A stretch of 64,000 nt of DNA. Source: Candidatus Latescibacterota bacterium (lineage in GTDB: Bacteria > Latescibacterota > UBA2968 > UBA8231). This document shows positions 11,601 to 18,222 of this stretch, one piece after another. The translations under genes and the position numbers were made by a program. Under the pieces are notes generated by a model that was not told the DNA's origin, searched no databases, and saw only the letters and a list, made by a program, of their open reading frames with translations. The stretch is from contig OZ220089.1 of NCBI GenBank assembly GCA_964291625.2, positions 2,144,001 through 2,208,000 of the forward strand, written 5' to 3'. The stretch's first letter is position 1, and the number at the start of each line of letters is the position of its first letter.

Positions 11601-14600
11601 CCGAGGTGTCGACCGTCTCCATCGGCGACCTCGTCGTCGGACTGGGGTTCGGCGCCTTCGGAGCGCAGATGATCACCCGGGAGGAGCTGGTGGCCCCCGC
11701 GCCGGCGGGATTCTCGCTCACCGGGCTCGCCACGGTGCCGAGCGCCTTCGTCTCGGCGGCGCTCTCCTTCGAGCTCTCGGGGCTGGAGGCCGGCGAGCGG
11801 GTCCTGATTCACGCCGGCGCCGGCGGCGTCGGCCTGGCGGCCATCCAGTGGGTGCAGGCCGCCGGCGCCGAGGTCTTCGCCACCGCCAGCGCCCCGAAGC
11901 AGGCCTATCTCCGGTCGCTGGGTGTCGAGCACATCTTCGACAGCCGGCAGACCGGCTTCGGCGAGGAGATCCTCGAAGCCACGGGCGGCGCGGGCGTGGA
12001 CGTGGTGCTCAACAGCCTGACGGGAGAGGGCTTCATCGAGGCCAGTCTCTCCTGCCTCCGGCAGGGCGGCCGCTTCGTGGAGATGGCCCGGCGGGACATC
12101 CTGAGCGAGGAGGAGATGGCCGCCGTCCGTCCCGACGTGAGCTACGCCATCCTGGAGTTGGATGTCCTGAAGAAGACCGAACCCGCGTGGGTGGGGAGGG
12201 TCCTGCGGGGGGTGATGGAGCGCCTCACGGCGGGAGAGCTGAAGCCGATCGTCCACAGCAGGTGGCCCCTCGCCGAGGCCGGGGCCGCCCTGAGCTTCAT
12301 GCGCTCCGCCCGGCACATGGGCAAGATCGTGGTGACTCCGCCGCCGCTCGTGAAGGGCCGGTTGCGCCAGGACCGGACCTACCTGGTGACCGGCGGTCTG
12401 GGCGGGATCGGCTGCGCCGTGGCCGGCTGGCTCGCCGACCACGGAGCCGGGGCCATCGTGCTGAACGGACGACGGGCGCCGGACGCCGAGGCCGAGGAGA
12501 CGATCCGCGGCCTGCGGGAACGGGGCCTGACGGTGCAGGTGGAGCTCGCGGATGTGACCGACGCCGCCGCCATCGATCAGATGCTGGCGCGGATCGATGC
12601 CGCGCTGCCGCCCCTCGGGGGTGTGATCCACAGTGTCGGAGTGCTGTCGGACGGCGCCCTCACCAACCAGAGCTGGGAGCGGTTCGAGACGGTCCTCTGG
12701 CCGAAGATCATCGGCGGCTGGCACCTGCACCGGGCGACGGCCGACCGCGACCTGGATCTCTTCATCCTGTTCTCGAGCCGCGTCGGAGTCATGGGCAATC
12801 CCGGCCAGGCGAATCACGCCGCGGCGAATGCGTTCCTGGATCAGCTCGCCGCTCACCGGCGCGCCCTGGGGCTCCCCGGACAGGCGATCGCCTGGGGCGC
12901 CTGGTCCGAGATCGGCGAGGCCGCCGAGCAACGGGACCGGATCGACCGCCAGCGGACCGCGCTCGGAGGCCGCTGGTTCACCCCGCAGCAGGGCATGCGG
13001 GCCTTCGACCAGCTGGTGCGCCAGGACGTGACGACCTCCGTGGTGATGTCGATGGACTGGTCGGTCTTCGCCGAGGCGGTGGATGAGCGTCCCCCGCTGC
13101 TGGAGGACCTGCTGGCGGCCGCCTCGGACGACGAAGCCGACGCCCCCGCCTCGTCGGAGGACCTGCTCTCCAGTCTGCCGGAGGCAACGGAGGCCCGCGA
13201 GGAGCTGCTCGCCTCCTTCCTGCAGCAGGAGCTGCAGGCGGTGCTGCGGCTGTCGACGACGCCGGAGCCGACGGTGGGATTCTTCGATCTGGGGATGGAC
13301 TCGCTCATGGCGGTGGAGCTGCGAAACCGCCTGAACCGCGCCTTCGCCGACCAGTACGTCGTGCCCAACACCGTGGTCTTCGACTACCCGGACATCGCCA
13401 GTCTCGCCCGGCATCTGGCCGGCGAGCTCGGCGGCGCCGGCAGCGCGCCCGCCCCTCAGGCGGAGGCGCTGCCCGAGCCGGCGACGGAGGCGATGCCCCG
13501 GCGCGACGAGGACGGCATCGCCATCGTCGGCATGGCATGCCGGTTCCCCGGCGCCCCGGATATCCCGGCCTTCTGGCGCCAGCTCGAGGCGGGTGAGGAC
13601 GCCGTGACGGACGGCCGCGGGGATTCCGGTTCCTGGGGCGATCTCGCCGAGGACCTCCCCTCTGAGTACGCCGCCTACCGCCAGGGCGGGTTCGTGGAAG
13701 GGATCGAGCAGTTCGACTCGCGATTCTTCCGGATCGCGCCGATCGAGGCGCGGTTGATGGATCCGCGGCAACGGATGCTCCTCGAGACGAGCTGGCAGGC
13801 CTTCGAGGACGCGGGGGTGGACCCGGACCGGTTGCGGGGCAGCCGCACCGGGATCTATGCAGGCATTGGCACCAGCGAGTACCGGGACCTGATGACCGGC
13901 GGCGACCATGGCGTCAGCTATCTCGGCACCGCCGGAAGCATGACCGTGGGCCGGGTCTCCTTCGCCCTGGGTCTGGAGGGGCCGACGATCCCGGTGGAGC
14001 TCAACTGCGCGTCCTCATTGGTGGCGGTGCACTATGCGGTCTCGGCCCTGAGGCAGGGCGAGGTGGACATGGCCCTGGTCGGAGGCGCCCACGCCGTCCT
14101 GTCGCCCGATCTGACCCGGGAGATGGCCGAGCTGGGGATGTTGTCGCCGAGCGGGCGATGCAGGGCCTTCGACGCCGCCGCGGACGGCTTCGTGCGCGGC
14201 GAGGGCTGCGGCATGGTCGTCCTGAAGCGGCTGAGCGAGGCCGAGGCCGACGGCGACCGCATCTGGGGGGTCATCCTCGGATCGGCGGTCAACCAGAACG
14301 GGGCGAGTGCCGGACCGACGGTGCCGAATGGACCGGCCCAGGAGCGGGCCATCGAAGAGGCCCTGGCCCGGGGGAACGTCGACCCTTCGGAGATCGACTA
14401 CCTGGAGGCCCATGGGGCCGGATCGGAGCTGGGCGACCCGATCGAGGTGCAGGCTGCCGCGGCCGTGTACGGCAGGGGGCGCGCGGAGGACCGCCCGCTG
14501 CTGATCGGCTCGGTGAAGACCAATATCGGCCACCTGGAGCCGGCGGCCGGGGTCGCCAGCCTGATCAAGACCGTGCTGGCCATGAGGCGGAGGCTGATCC

Positions 14601-16036
14601 CCGGGAACCTGCACTTCCACGACCCGAACCCCCACCTGGACTGGGACAGGCTCCCCGTGAGGGTTGTGTCCGCCATGACCGACTGGCCGAGCCATCCCGG
14701 ACGGCCGCCGCGGGCCGGGGTGAGCGCCTTCGGGATCTCGGGAACGAACTCCCATGTGGTGGTGGAAGGGTACGGAGAGGCGGACGCCCCCGGTCCGGAG
14801 AAGGAGCCCTTGTCGGCGGGTCCCGCGCTGACCGTCGACGTCACCCTGCCCGAGCCGGTGGCGGATCTGCCGCCGCCGGAGGAAGCGGAGTTCCGGGGGC
14901 GGCCCGGCAGGTTCCTGCCTCTCTCCGGGAAGTCGGAGGGCGCCCTGCGGCACCTGGCCGCAGGATACCTCTCCTGGCTCGACCAGCGATCTGCCGAGGC
15001 CTCTTCCGACGGTGTCGCCGAGGGCCTGCTGGCGGACATGGCATGGACGGCGGGCGTGGGACGGAGCCACTTCGAACACCGCGCCGGGCTGGTCTTCGAG
15101 GACGGCGCCTCGTTGCGTGACGGGCTGCAGGCGCTCGCAGAGGCGGAGGGGAGGGCTCCGCCGCGGGCGGCGACGAAGGTCGCCTTCGCCTTCGCCGGCC
15201 AGGAGAGTCGGTGGTCCGGCATGGTCCCGTCCCTGTACGAGACCGAGCCCGTGGTCCGCGCGGTCCTCGACCGCTGTGACGCCGAGCTCCGGCAGGGGCA
15301 GGGCGCCTCGCTCCTCGAGGAGGTCCTCGGCGGGGAGGGGGCCGGGGATCCGGCGTCGACGCCGGCGGCCCTCTACGCGGTGGAGTGCGCCCTCACGGCC
15401 CTGTGGTCGAGCGTGGGGATCCGGCCGGGGGTAGTGGTCGGCCACGGCCTCGGGGAGCTGGCCGCCGCGCAGGCGGCGGGGGTCTTCGGCGTCGAGGAGG
15501 GCCTGCGGCTGGCGGCGGCCCTGGGAGCGGAGGGTGGACCGGCCTCCCCGGACGGCCCCGAGGCAGCCCTTGGCGGCATCGCCCTGGCGCCTCCTGCCAT
15601 CTCCCTGGTGAGCGGTGCGAACGGGCGGGTGCTGACGTTGGCCGACGAGCTCGACGGGGCCCTCTGGCACCGGCAGGCCCAGGAGCCGGCCGCCTTCGAC
15701 CGCTGCGCCGAGGCACTGGCCGGACTGGGCGTGCAGGTCGTCGTGGAGATCGGCCCCGACGCGGTGCTCGGACCGATGGTGGCCGCGGCCTGGCCGGGGG
15801 CGGCGGATAGTCCCGGGGCCCCAACCGTGCTCCCCTCGCTGCGGCGGGATTCGGAGCCTTGCGGCGGCTTTGTGGCGGCCGTTGCGGGAGCCTACGAGGC
15901 GGGCCTGGCGGTCTCCTTTCCGGGGTTGTTCTCCGGGGAGACGAGGCGGCGAGTCTCCCTGCCGGGCTATCCGTTCCAGCGCCGCCGCCACTGGATCCGG
16001 GCGCCGGGGATATCAGCTCCCGGGCCGGGGGCCTGA
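5696..16036 (+). CDS. supA: SupA-type type I PKS/FAS: KS-AT-DH-cMT-ER-KR-ACP-KS-AT(degenerate)
   Basis: KS1 DAACASS/HGTGT/GHLES; AT1 GHSIG and KAFHS; DH HPLLG..DHKVFG..PG; MT EVGAGTG; ER IHAGAGGVG; KR TGGLGGIG; ACP GMDSL; KS2 ELNCASS; AT2 GHGLG. GGAGGAG RBS 7 nt before ATG 5696. Followed by ACP, PPTase and hydrolase as in sup operons. Confidence 0.92.
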   Translation: MSSETGGTGRRDGSSDLHRESPTPTEAGSRQASRSAEPIAIVGMACRFPGATGIPAFWRLLEEGGNAVRERVPGSAAGRWEQLFSEGTVQSEGCRYGAFIDDIDLFDAEFFRISPVEAQLLDPQQRLMLETSWQALEDAGIDPDGLKGSLTGVYTGISNDEYRMLVLESSRPAEAAGCLYALSGTNLNGAAGRVSFVMGLMGPAKAVDAACASSLVSVHDAVADLQQGKADLAIAGGVQALLNGHIYELRADAMMLSPDGQCKTFDASANGYVRGEGCGVVVLKRLSEAEADGDRIWAVIRGAAVNNGGASVGLTVPNTPALEQVMDAALAEAGIPPSEVDYLEAHGTGTTVGDPIEINAVTAVYGRERQPDHPLLVGSVKTNIGHLESAAGVAGLIKAALVLKRGVIPKHLHFQDPEPSVDWDRLPVRITSEMMDWPRRGWPRVAGVNSFGISGTNAHLVVEEYADPDAASSGDQAPGLPKAVAVQVPAALADLPLAEQEVEPRRSRILPLSAKSDGALRDLGQLYLSWLDEHAGTDGSECESLLADMAWTAGVGRSHFTHRAGVVFGDLASLREGLAPLAESGTSPAARTPARIAFVYTGQGSQWVDMGRALYESEPVARVVLDRCEAVFRDERGGSLLDVMFGRDGGEGELGDTAWEQPALYALECALTALWSSLGVRPDVVVGHSIGELAASQTAGVFSLEDGMRFAAVRGRLMSQMAEGGMAAVFAPAERVAPAVEAVNAASTGPGLSISGYNGSHQVVSGPVPGIEAISKQFDQEGIRVRRLNTTKAFHSALVEPILDELEAFFEGVAVQPPALAVVSNLTGRAVEAGQAQDGAYWRRHAREPVAFAQGVRTLAELGVDAVLEIGPRSVLAPMAASAWPESPSAPAPVVLSSLSPPSGGTEESGSAHDGFLGAVAEAYQAGLPIRFAGLFAGESRRRISLPGYPFQREHHWVEAPRGQSRSSGHPLLGVRHESARGELTFESEVFPSDPGWMDDHKVFGRIVAPGALYGAMAASASFLEGVGPVVVEDLQLHNPLVFEEDDETGEEGRKVQVVLDASEQASSRGVQIFSKGSKEEWTVHVEGRVSSGAPVPEAGGRIDLEGLKAGLSPVDVAGYYRHRASTGVDLGPSFRTLGRAWSRPGEALGEVSLPEALTRHGLDLHPLVLDGCFQVVGVARNLAGAEGGATYLPFGWERLWLTGRLPDRVVCHVRLNDASVDAETGPGEPAEVLSGELRIYDPNGAPLGGISGYTVKRATPEALLSAVEGVKDLLYEVVWRERGLPPGVTPADFFPGPAAVAAGSQLFAGYLTDAGVDPGDRDTLLADLERWSWSRALATLEELGWERRPGAAVDPEDLRQQLDVIPEHGRLFRRMLEMLARSGVLEERDDGFAVVLGPGDPLPEEMPGDLEAFASRLAEQQPHGLTEIGLFRRSGGALAEVLRGNEDPLTLLFSSGEPTAADLYLKAPVARAANQMLAEAVRTLVAALPEGRRLRVIEVGAGTGSATASVLPELPEGRFDYVYTDISAGFFAEAEARFGDQGIEYRPLDVEKDPIAQGFDSHGYDLLIASNVLHATRFLPETLGHCRDLLAPSGHLIALENLSGLGWMDLTFGQLDGWWRFADDYRPHHALASPAVWRQALGDAGFEAAEVLGPDESDPSRTPDKGVIVAQGPAEVAEPAGVWVLAADQGGLAARLADDLAARNQTVVLAATETPEDDGPAAAGPGVFRTAVEPDRRESWRELLAGLPAEGPLAGVVHLAGLDGHGEGATTGEIAEDVRRAGASALALVQGLADADAVPANGVWMITRGAQVLERERGGELSGAALWGFGKAVAREAAHLQTRMIDLDPGDMAPAPDLVRELLYPDSENHIAYRGGRRRAARLVRAGAESERLSLPEEPDWVLAPDPAGVFDRPFVQPLPARSLEPKEVRVAVEAAGLNFWDVFRSLGFIEEGLLGREMCGRILEVGSEVSTVSIGDLVVGLGFGAFGAQMITREELVAPAPAGFSLTGLATVPSAFVSAALSFELSGLEAGERVLIHAGAGGVGLAAIQWVQAAGAEVFATASAPKQAYLRSLGVEHIFDSRQTGFGEEILEATGGAGVDVVLNSLTGEGFIEASLSCLRQGGRFVEMARRDILSEEEMAAVRPDVSYAILELDVLKKTEPAWVGRVLRGVMERLTAGELKPIVHSRWPLAEAGAALSFMRSARHMGKIVVTPPPLVKGRLRQDRTYLVTGGLGGIGCAVAGWLADHGAGAIVLNGRRAPDAEAEETIRGLRERGLTVQVELADVTDAAAIDQMLARIDAALPPLGGVIHSVGVLSDGALTNQSWERFETVLWPKIIGGWHLHRATADRDLDLFILFSSRVGVMGNPGQANHAAANAFLDQLAAHRRALGLPGQAIAWGAWSEIGEAAEQRDRIDRQRTALGGRWFTPQQGMRAFDQLVRQDVTTSVVMSMDWSVFAEAVDERPPLLEDLLAAASDDEADAPASSEDLLSSLPEATEAREELLASFLQQELQAVLRLSTTPEPTVGFFDLGMDSLMAVELRNRLNRAFADQYVVPNTVVFDYPDIASLARHLAGELGGAGSAPAPQAEALPEPATEAMPRRDEDGIAIVGMACRFPGAPDIPAFWRQLEAGEDAVTDGRGDSGSWGDLAEDLPSEYAAYRQGGFVEGIEQFDSRFFRIAPIEARLMDPRQRMLLETSWQAFEDAGVDPDRLRGSRTGIYAGIGTSEYRDLMTGGDHGVSYLGTAGSMTVGRVSFALGLEGPTIPVELNCASSLVAVHYAVSALRQGEVDMALVGGAHAVLSPDLTREMAELGMLSPSGRCRAFDAAADGFVRGEGCGMVVLKRLSEAEADGDRIWGVILGSAVNQNGASAGPTVPNGPAQERAIEEALARGNVDPSEIDYLEAHGAGSELGDPIEVQAAAAVYGRGRAEDRPLLIGSVKTNIGHLEPAAGVASLIKTVLAMRRRLIPGNLHFHDPNPHLDWDRLPVRVVSAMTDWPSHPGRPPRAGVSAFGISGTNSHVVVEGYGEADAPGPEKEPLSAGPALTVDVTLPEPVADLPPPEEAEFRGRPGRFLPLSGKSEGALRHLAAGYLSWLDQRSAEASSDGVAEGLLADMAWTAGVGRSHFEHRAGLVFEDGASLRDGLQALAEAEGRAPPRAATKVAFAFAGQESRWSGMVPSLYETEPVVRAVLDRCDAELRQGQGASLLEEVLGGEGAGDPASTPAALYAVECALTALWSSVGIRPGVVVGHGLGELAAAQAAGVFGVEEGLRLAAALGAEGGPASPDGPEAALGGIALAPPAISLVSGANGRVLTLADELDGALWHRQAQEPAAFDRCAEALAGLGVQVVVEIGPDAVLGPMVAAAWPGAADSPGAPTVLPSLRRDSEPCGGFVAAVAGAYEAGLAVSFPGLFSGETRRRVSLPGYPFQRRRHWIRAPGISAPGPGA

Positions 16037-16039
16037 CCA

Positions 16040-16069
16040 TTGACCCCCTACCGCCCTTCATGTTAAGGT
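16040..16069 (+). promoter_or_regulatory. Putative internal sigma70 promoter for the free ACP
   Basis: TTGACC (16040)-N18-TAAGGT (16064) with TGn extended -10, in an AT-richer intergenic gap. Confidence 0.5.
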
Positions 16070-16125
16070 TTGAGCTTCCGTTTTCTCGATGCCATTCACC
16101 CTTGAAGACAAGGAAGGAGAATCAC

Positions 16126-16371
16126 ATGGCTTCGACCTCGGACCGCCTGCGACAACTGATCGCCGAGAACCTGGAGGTAGACGGGCAGGCAATCGACGTT
16201 CCGGCTGATCTCGGTATCAGCCTCCTCGACGCGGGCGTCTCCTCTACCGATCTCGTGGCTTTCGCGAAGGTGGTCGCCCAGGAGTTCGACGTCACCTTCA
16301 CCATCGAACATTGCACGCAGCTCAAGAGCCTGCGCGAGGTGGTCGAGTTCATCGATAGCAAGGCTGGCTGA
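16126..16371 (+). CDS. supB: Stand-alone acyl carrier protein (SupB-like)
   Basis: 81 aa, acidic, ACP pattern LLDAGVSSTDLV..VAQEFDV..SLREVVEFI; strong AAGGAAGGAG RBS. Confidence 0.85.
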   Translation: MASTSDRLRQLIAENLEVDGQAIDVPADLGISLLDAGVSSTDLVAFAKVVAQEFDVTFTIEHCTQLKSLREVVEFIDSKAG

Positions 16372-16413
16372 CCCCTTCTCGACAAGGGAGGACCGGTCTT
16401 CCAGCCAGAACCT

Positions 16414-16460
16414 GCGGCGTCCCCGTCCGGCGGTCTTTCCGCTGGAACGGGGACCGCCGC
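16414..16460 (+). other. Long imperfect GC hairpin between ACP and PPTase genes
   Basis: GCGGCG TCCCCGT CCGGCGG-TCTTT-CCGCTGG A ACGGGGA C CGCCGC. Confidence 0.5.
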
Positions 16461-16477
16461 CGCCCGGCCCCGCACCG

Positions 16478-17242
16478 GTGCGGCACCCACGACATTCAAC
16501 CCCCGCGTCCCCTGCCGGGCGCTGGTGGCAACCTTTCCGAAGGATCGGTAACGCCGCCGTCACTTACGTCGATCTCTCGCCTCATGATGCCCGCGAGGCG
16601 GCCGCTCTCGCCTGCCTCGACCCGGAGGAGTCCTCGCGCTGGCGACGCTTCCAGCACCCCGGTCCTCGCCGCCGGTTCGCCTTCTGCCGCGCCGCCCTCC
16701 GAGCCCTTCTCTGTGATCGACTCGGCTGCGCGAACGGAGAGCTCGCCTTCGCCGCCAACAGCCAGGGAAAGCCTTTTGCCGTGGTCGATGGAACCCCGGC
16801 GGCCATCAGCTTCAACGTGAGCCACGGAGGCCGGCATGGATTGATCGCCGTGGCGCCGAGTGGCCGGCTCGGCGTGGACGTGGAGGAGCGCGCCGCCCGC
16901 CGCGATCTCGACGGCCTCATCGGCACCGCCTTCGCCCCGAACGAAAGGGCCGACCTCGCAGCCCTTCGCGGAAGCCGCAAGCTCCACGCCTTCTACCGCG
17001 TCTGGACGATGAAGGAAGCACTGCTGAAGGCCCTGGGCACAGGCCTCTCCCGGGACATGTCCGGGTTCGAGATCCCCACGCCCCTGCGCCGCGGCATGAC
17101 GACGGAGACCTTCCGGTTTCCCTGGATGCCGGAAGTCGGCTGGAGGCTGCTGGATCTGGGCACCGATGACTTCGCCGCCGCCATCGCCCATGAACTGCCC
17201 CGGGATGAGGAGACGGGGATGCTCCCCGAGGCTGCGACTTGA
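16478..17242 (+). CDS. supC: Sfp-type 4'-phosphopantetheinyl transferase (SupC-like)
   Basis: GKP, FNVSHG, GVDVE and WTMKEALLKALG motifs; start approximate. Confidence 0.9.
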   Translation: MRHPRHSTPASPAGRWWQPFRRIGNAAVTYVDLSPHDAREAAALACLDPEESSRWRRFQHPGPRRRFAFCRAALRALLCDRLGCANGELAFAANSQGKPFAVVDGTPAAISFNVSHGGRHGLIAVAPSGRLGVDVEERAARRDLDGLIGTAFAPNERADLAALRGSRKLHAFYRVWTMKEALLKALGTGLSRDMSGFEIPTPLRRGMTTETFRFPWMPEVGWRLLDLGTDDFAAAIAHELPRDEETGMLPEAAT

Positions 17243-18150
17243 GCGGGGCTCCCGAGACCGTGTGGGAGATCCCCGAGCCGATCTCGACCTGCGAGGTCGC
17301 CGTCGACGGCGACACCTCCATCACCGTGCGCCGCCACGGCAATCCGGAGGGACGGCGCCTCGTCCTCAGCCACGGCAACGGCCTGGCCATCGATCTCTAC
17401 TACCCCTTCTGGTCACTCCTGGCCGATGACTTCGACCTGATCGTCTACGATCTCCGGAACCACGGCTGGAACGCCGTCAGCCCTCTCCAGAGCCACAATG
17501 TGCCGACCTTCGTCAGCGACCACGACCTGATTCTCCAGGCGATCGACCGCCACTACGGCAAGAAGCCGAAAGTCGGGGTCTTCCATTCGATTGCCGCCCT
17601 GACGACGCTCCTCTCTCCCACGAAGGGCAGCGAGTACTCCGCCTACATCCTCTTCGATCCGCCCCTGTGCAAGCGTGGAGCCAGCTACGAGGAGTTCGAT
17701 GCGGCCAGTGAGCGGGTGGCCGCCATGACCCGACGGCGCACCCCGAAGTTCAAGACGAGGGAAGAGCTGGCAGAGGTCCTTCCCTACCTGCCGACCTACC
17801 AGCGGTCCGTGCCCGGTGTCTACGAGCTGGTGGCCCGAACGACGTTGCGCGAGTGCGCCGATGGAGAGGGATACGAACTGCGCTGTCCCCGCGAGTACGA
17901 GGCGCAGATCGTCGACTACGCCGCGCCCTACGCGGTCCTGGTCGACTTCGCCGCGTTCCGCTGTCCCATCAAGGTCATCGGCGCCGATCCCACCTTGCCC
18001 TTCTCCTACCTGCCGACCCTGGACCTCAGCCACATCCTTACGGTCAACTACGACTTCCTGCCCGAGACGACCCACCTCCTGCAGCTGGAACAACCCGGGG
18101 AGTGCGTCGCCCTGATGCGCGAGTTCCTCGAGGTGAACGCTCCCGCCTGA
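17239..18150 (+). CDS. supD: Alpha/beta hydrolase (SupD-like, possible thioesterase)
   Basis: SHGNG oxyanion motif, YDLRNHG, nucleophile FHSIA, C-terminal THLLQLE; TTG start overlaps the PPTase stop. Confidence 0.85.
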   Translation: MSGAPETVWEIPEPISTCEVAVDGDTSITVRRHGNPEGRRLVLSHGNGLAIDLYYPFWSLLADDFDLIVYDLRNHGWNAVSPLQSHNVPTFVSDHDLILQAIDRHYGKKPKVGVFHSIAALTTLLSPTKGSEYSAYILFDPPLCKRGASYEEFDAASERVAAMTRRRTPKFKTREELAEVLPYLPTYQRSVPGVYELVARTTLRECADGEGYELRCPREYEAQIVDYAAPYAVLVDFAAFRCPIKVIGADPTLPFSYLPTLDLSHILTVNYDFLPETTHLLQLEQPGECVALMREFLEVNAPA

Positions 18151-18222
18151 CCCGCGGCGCCGATCTGCCGCCGCTGTTGCAGCCGCGCGGGGCCTCGAGG
18201 GGTTCCGGGCAGCTCCCGGTCC

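Noticed and set aside
6533-14270. Near-identical DNA stretches between KS1 and KS2
   Set aside because: Explained by normal conservation of the KS VVLKRLSEAEADGDRIW motif and intragenic duplication.
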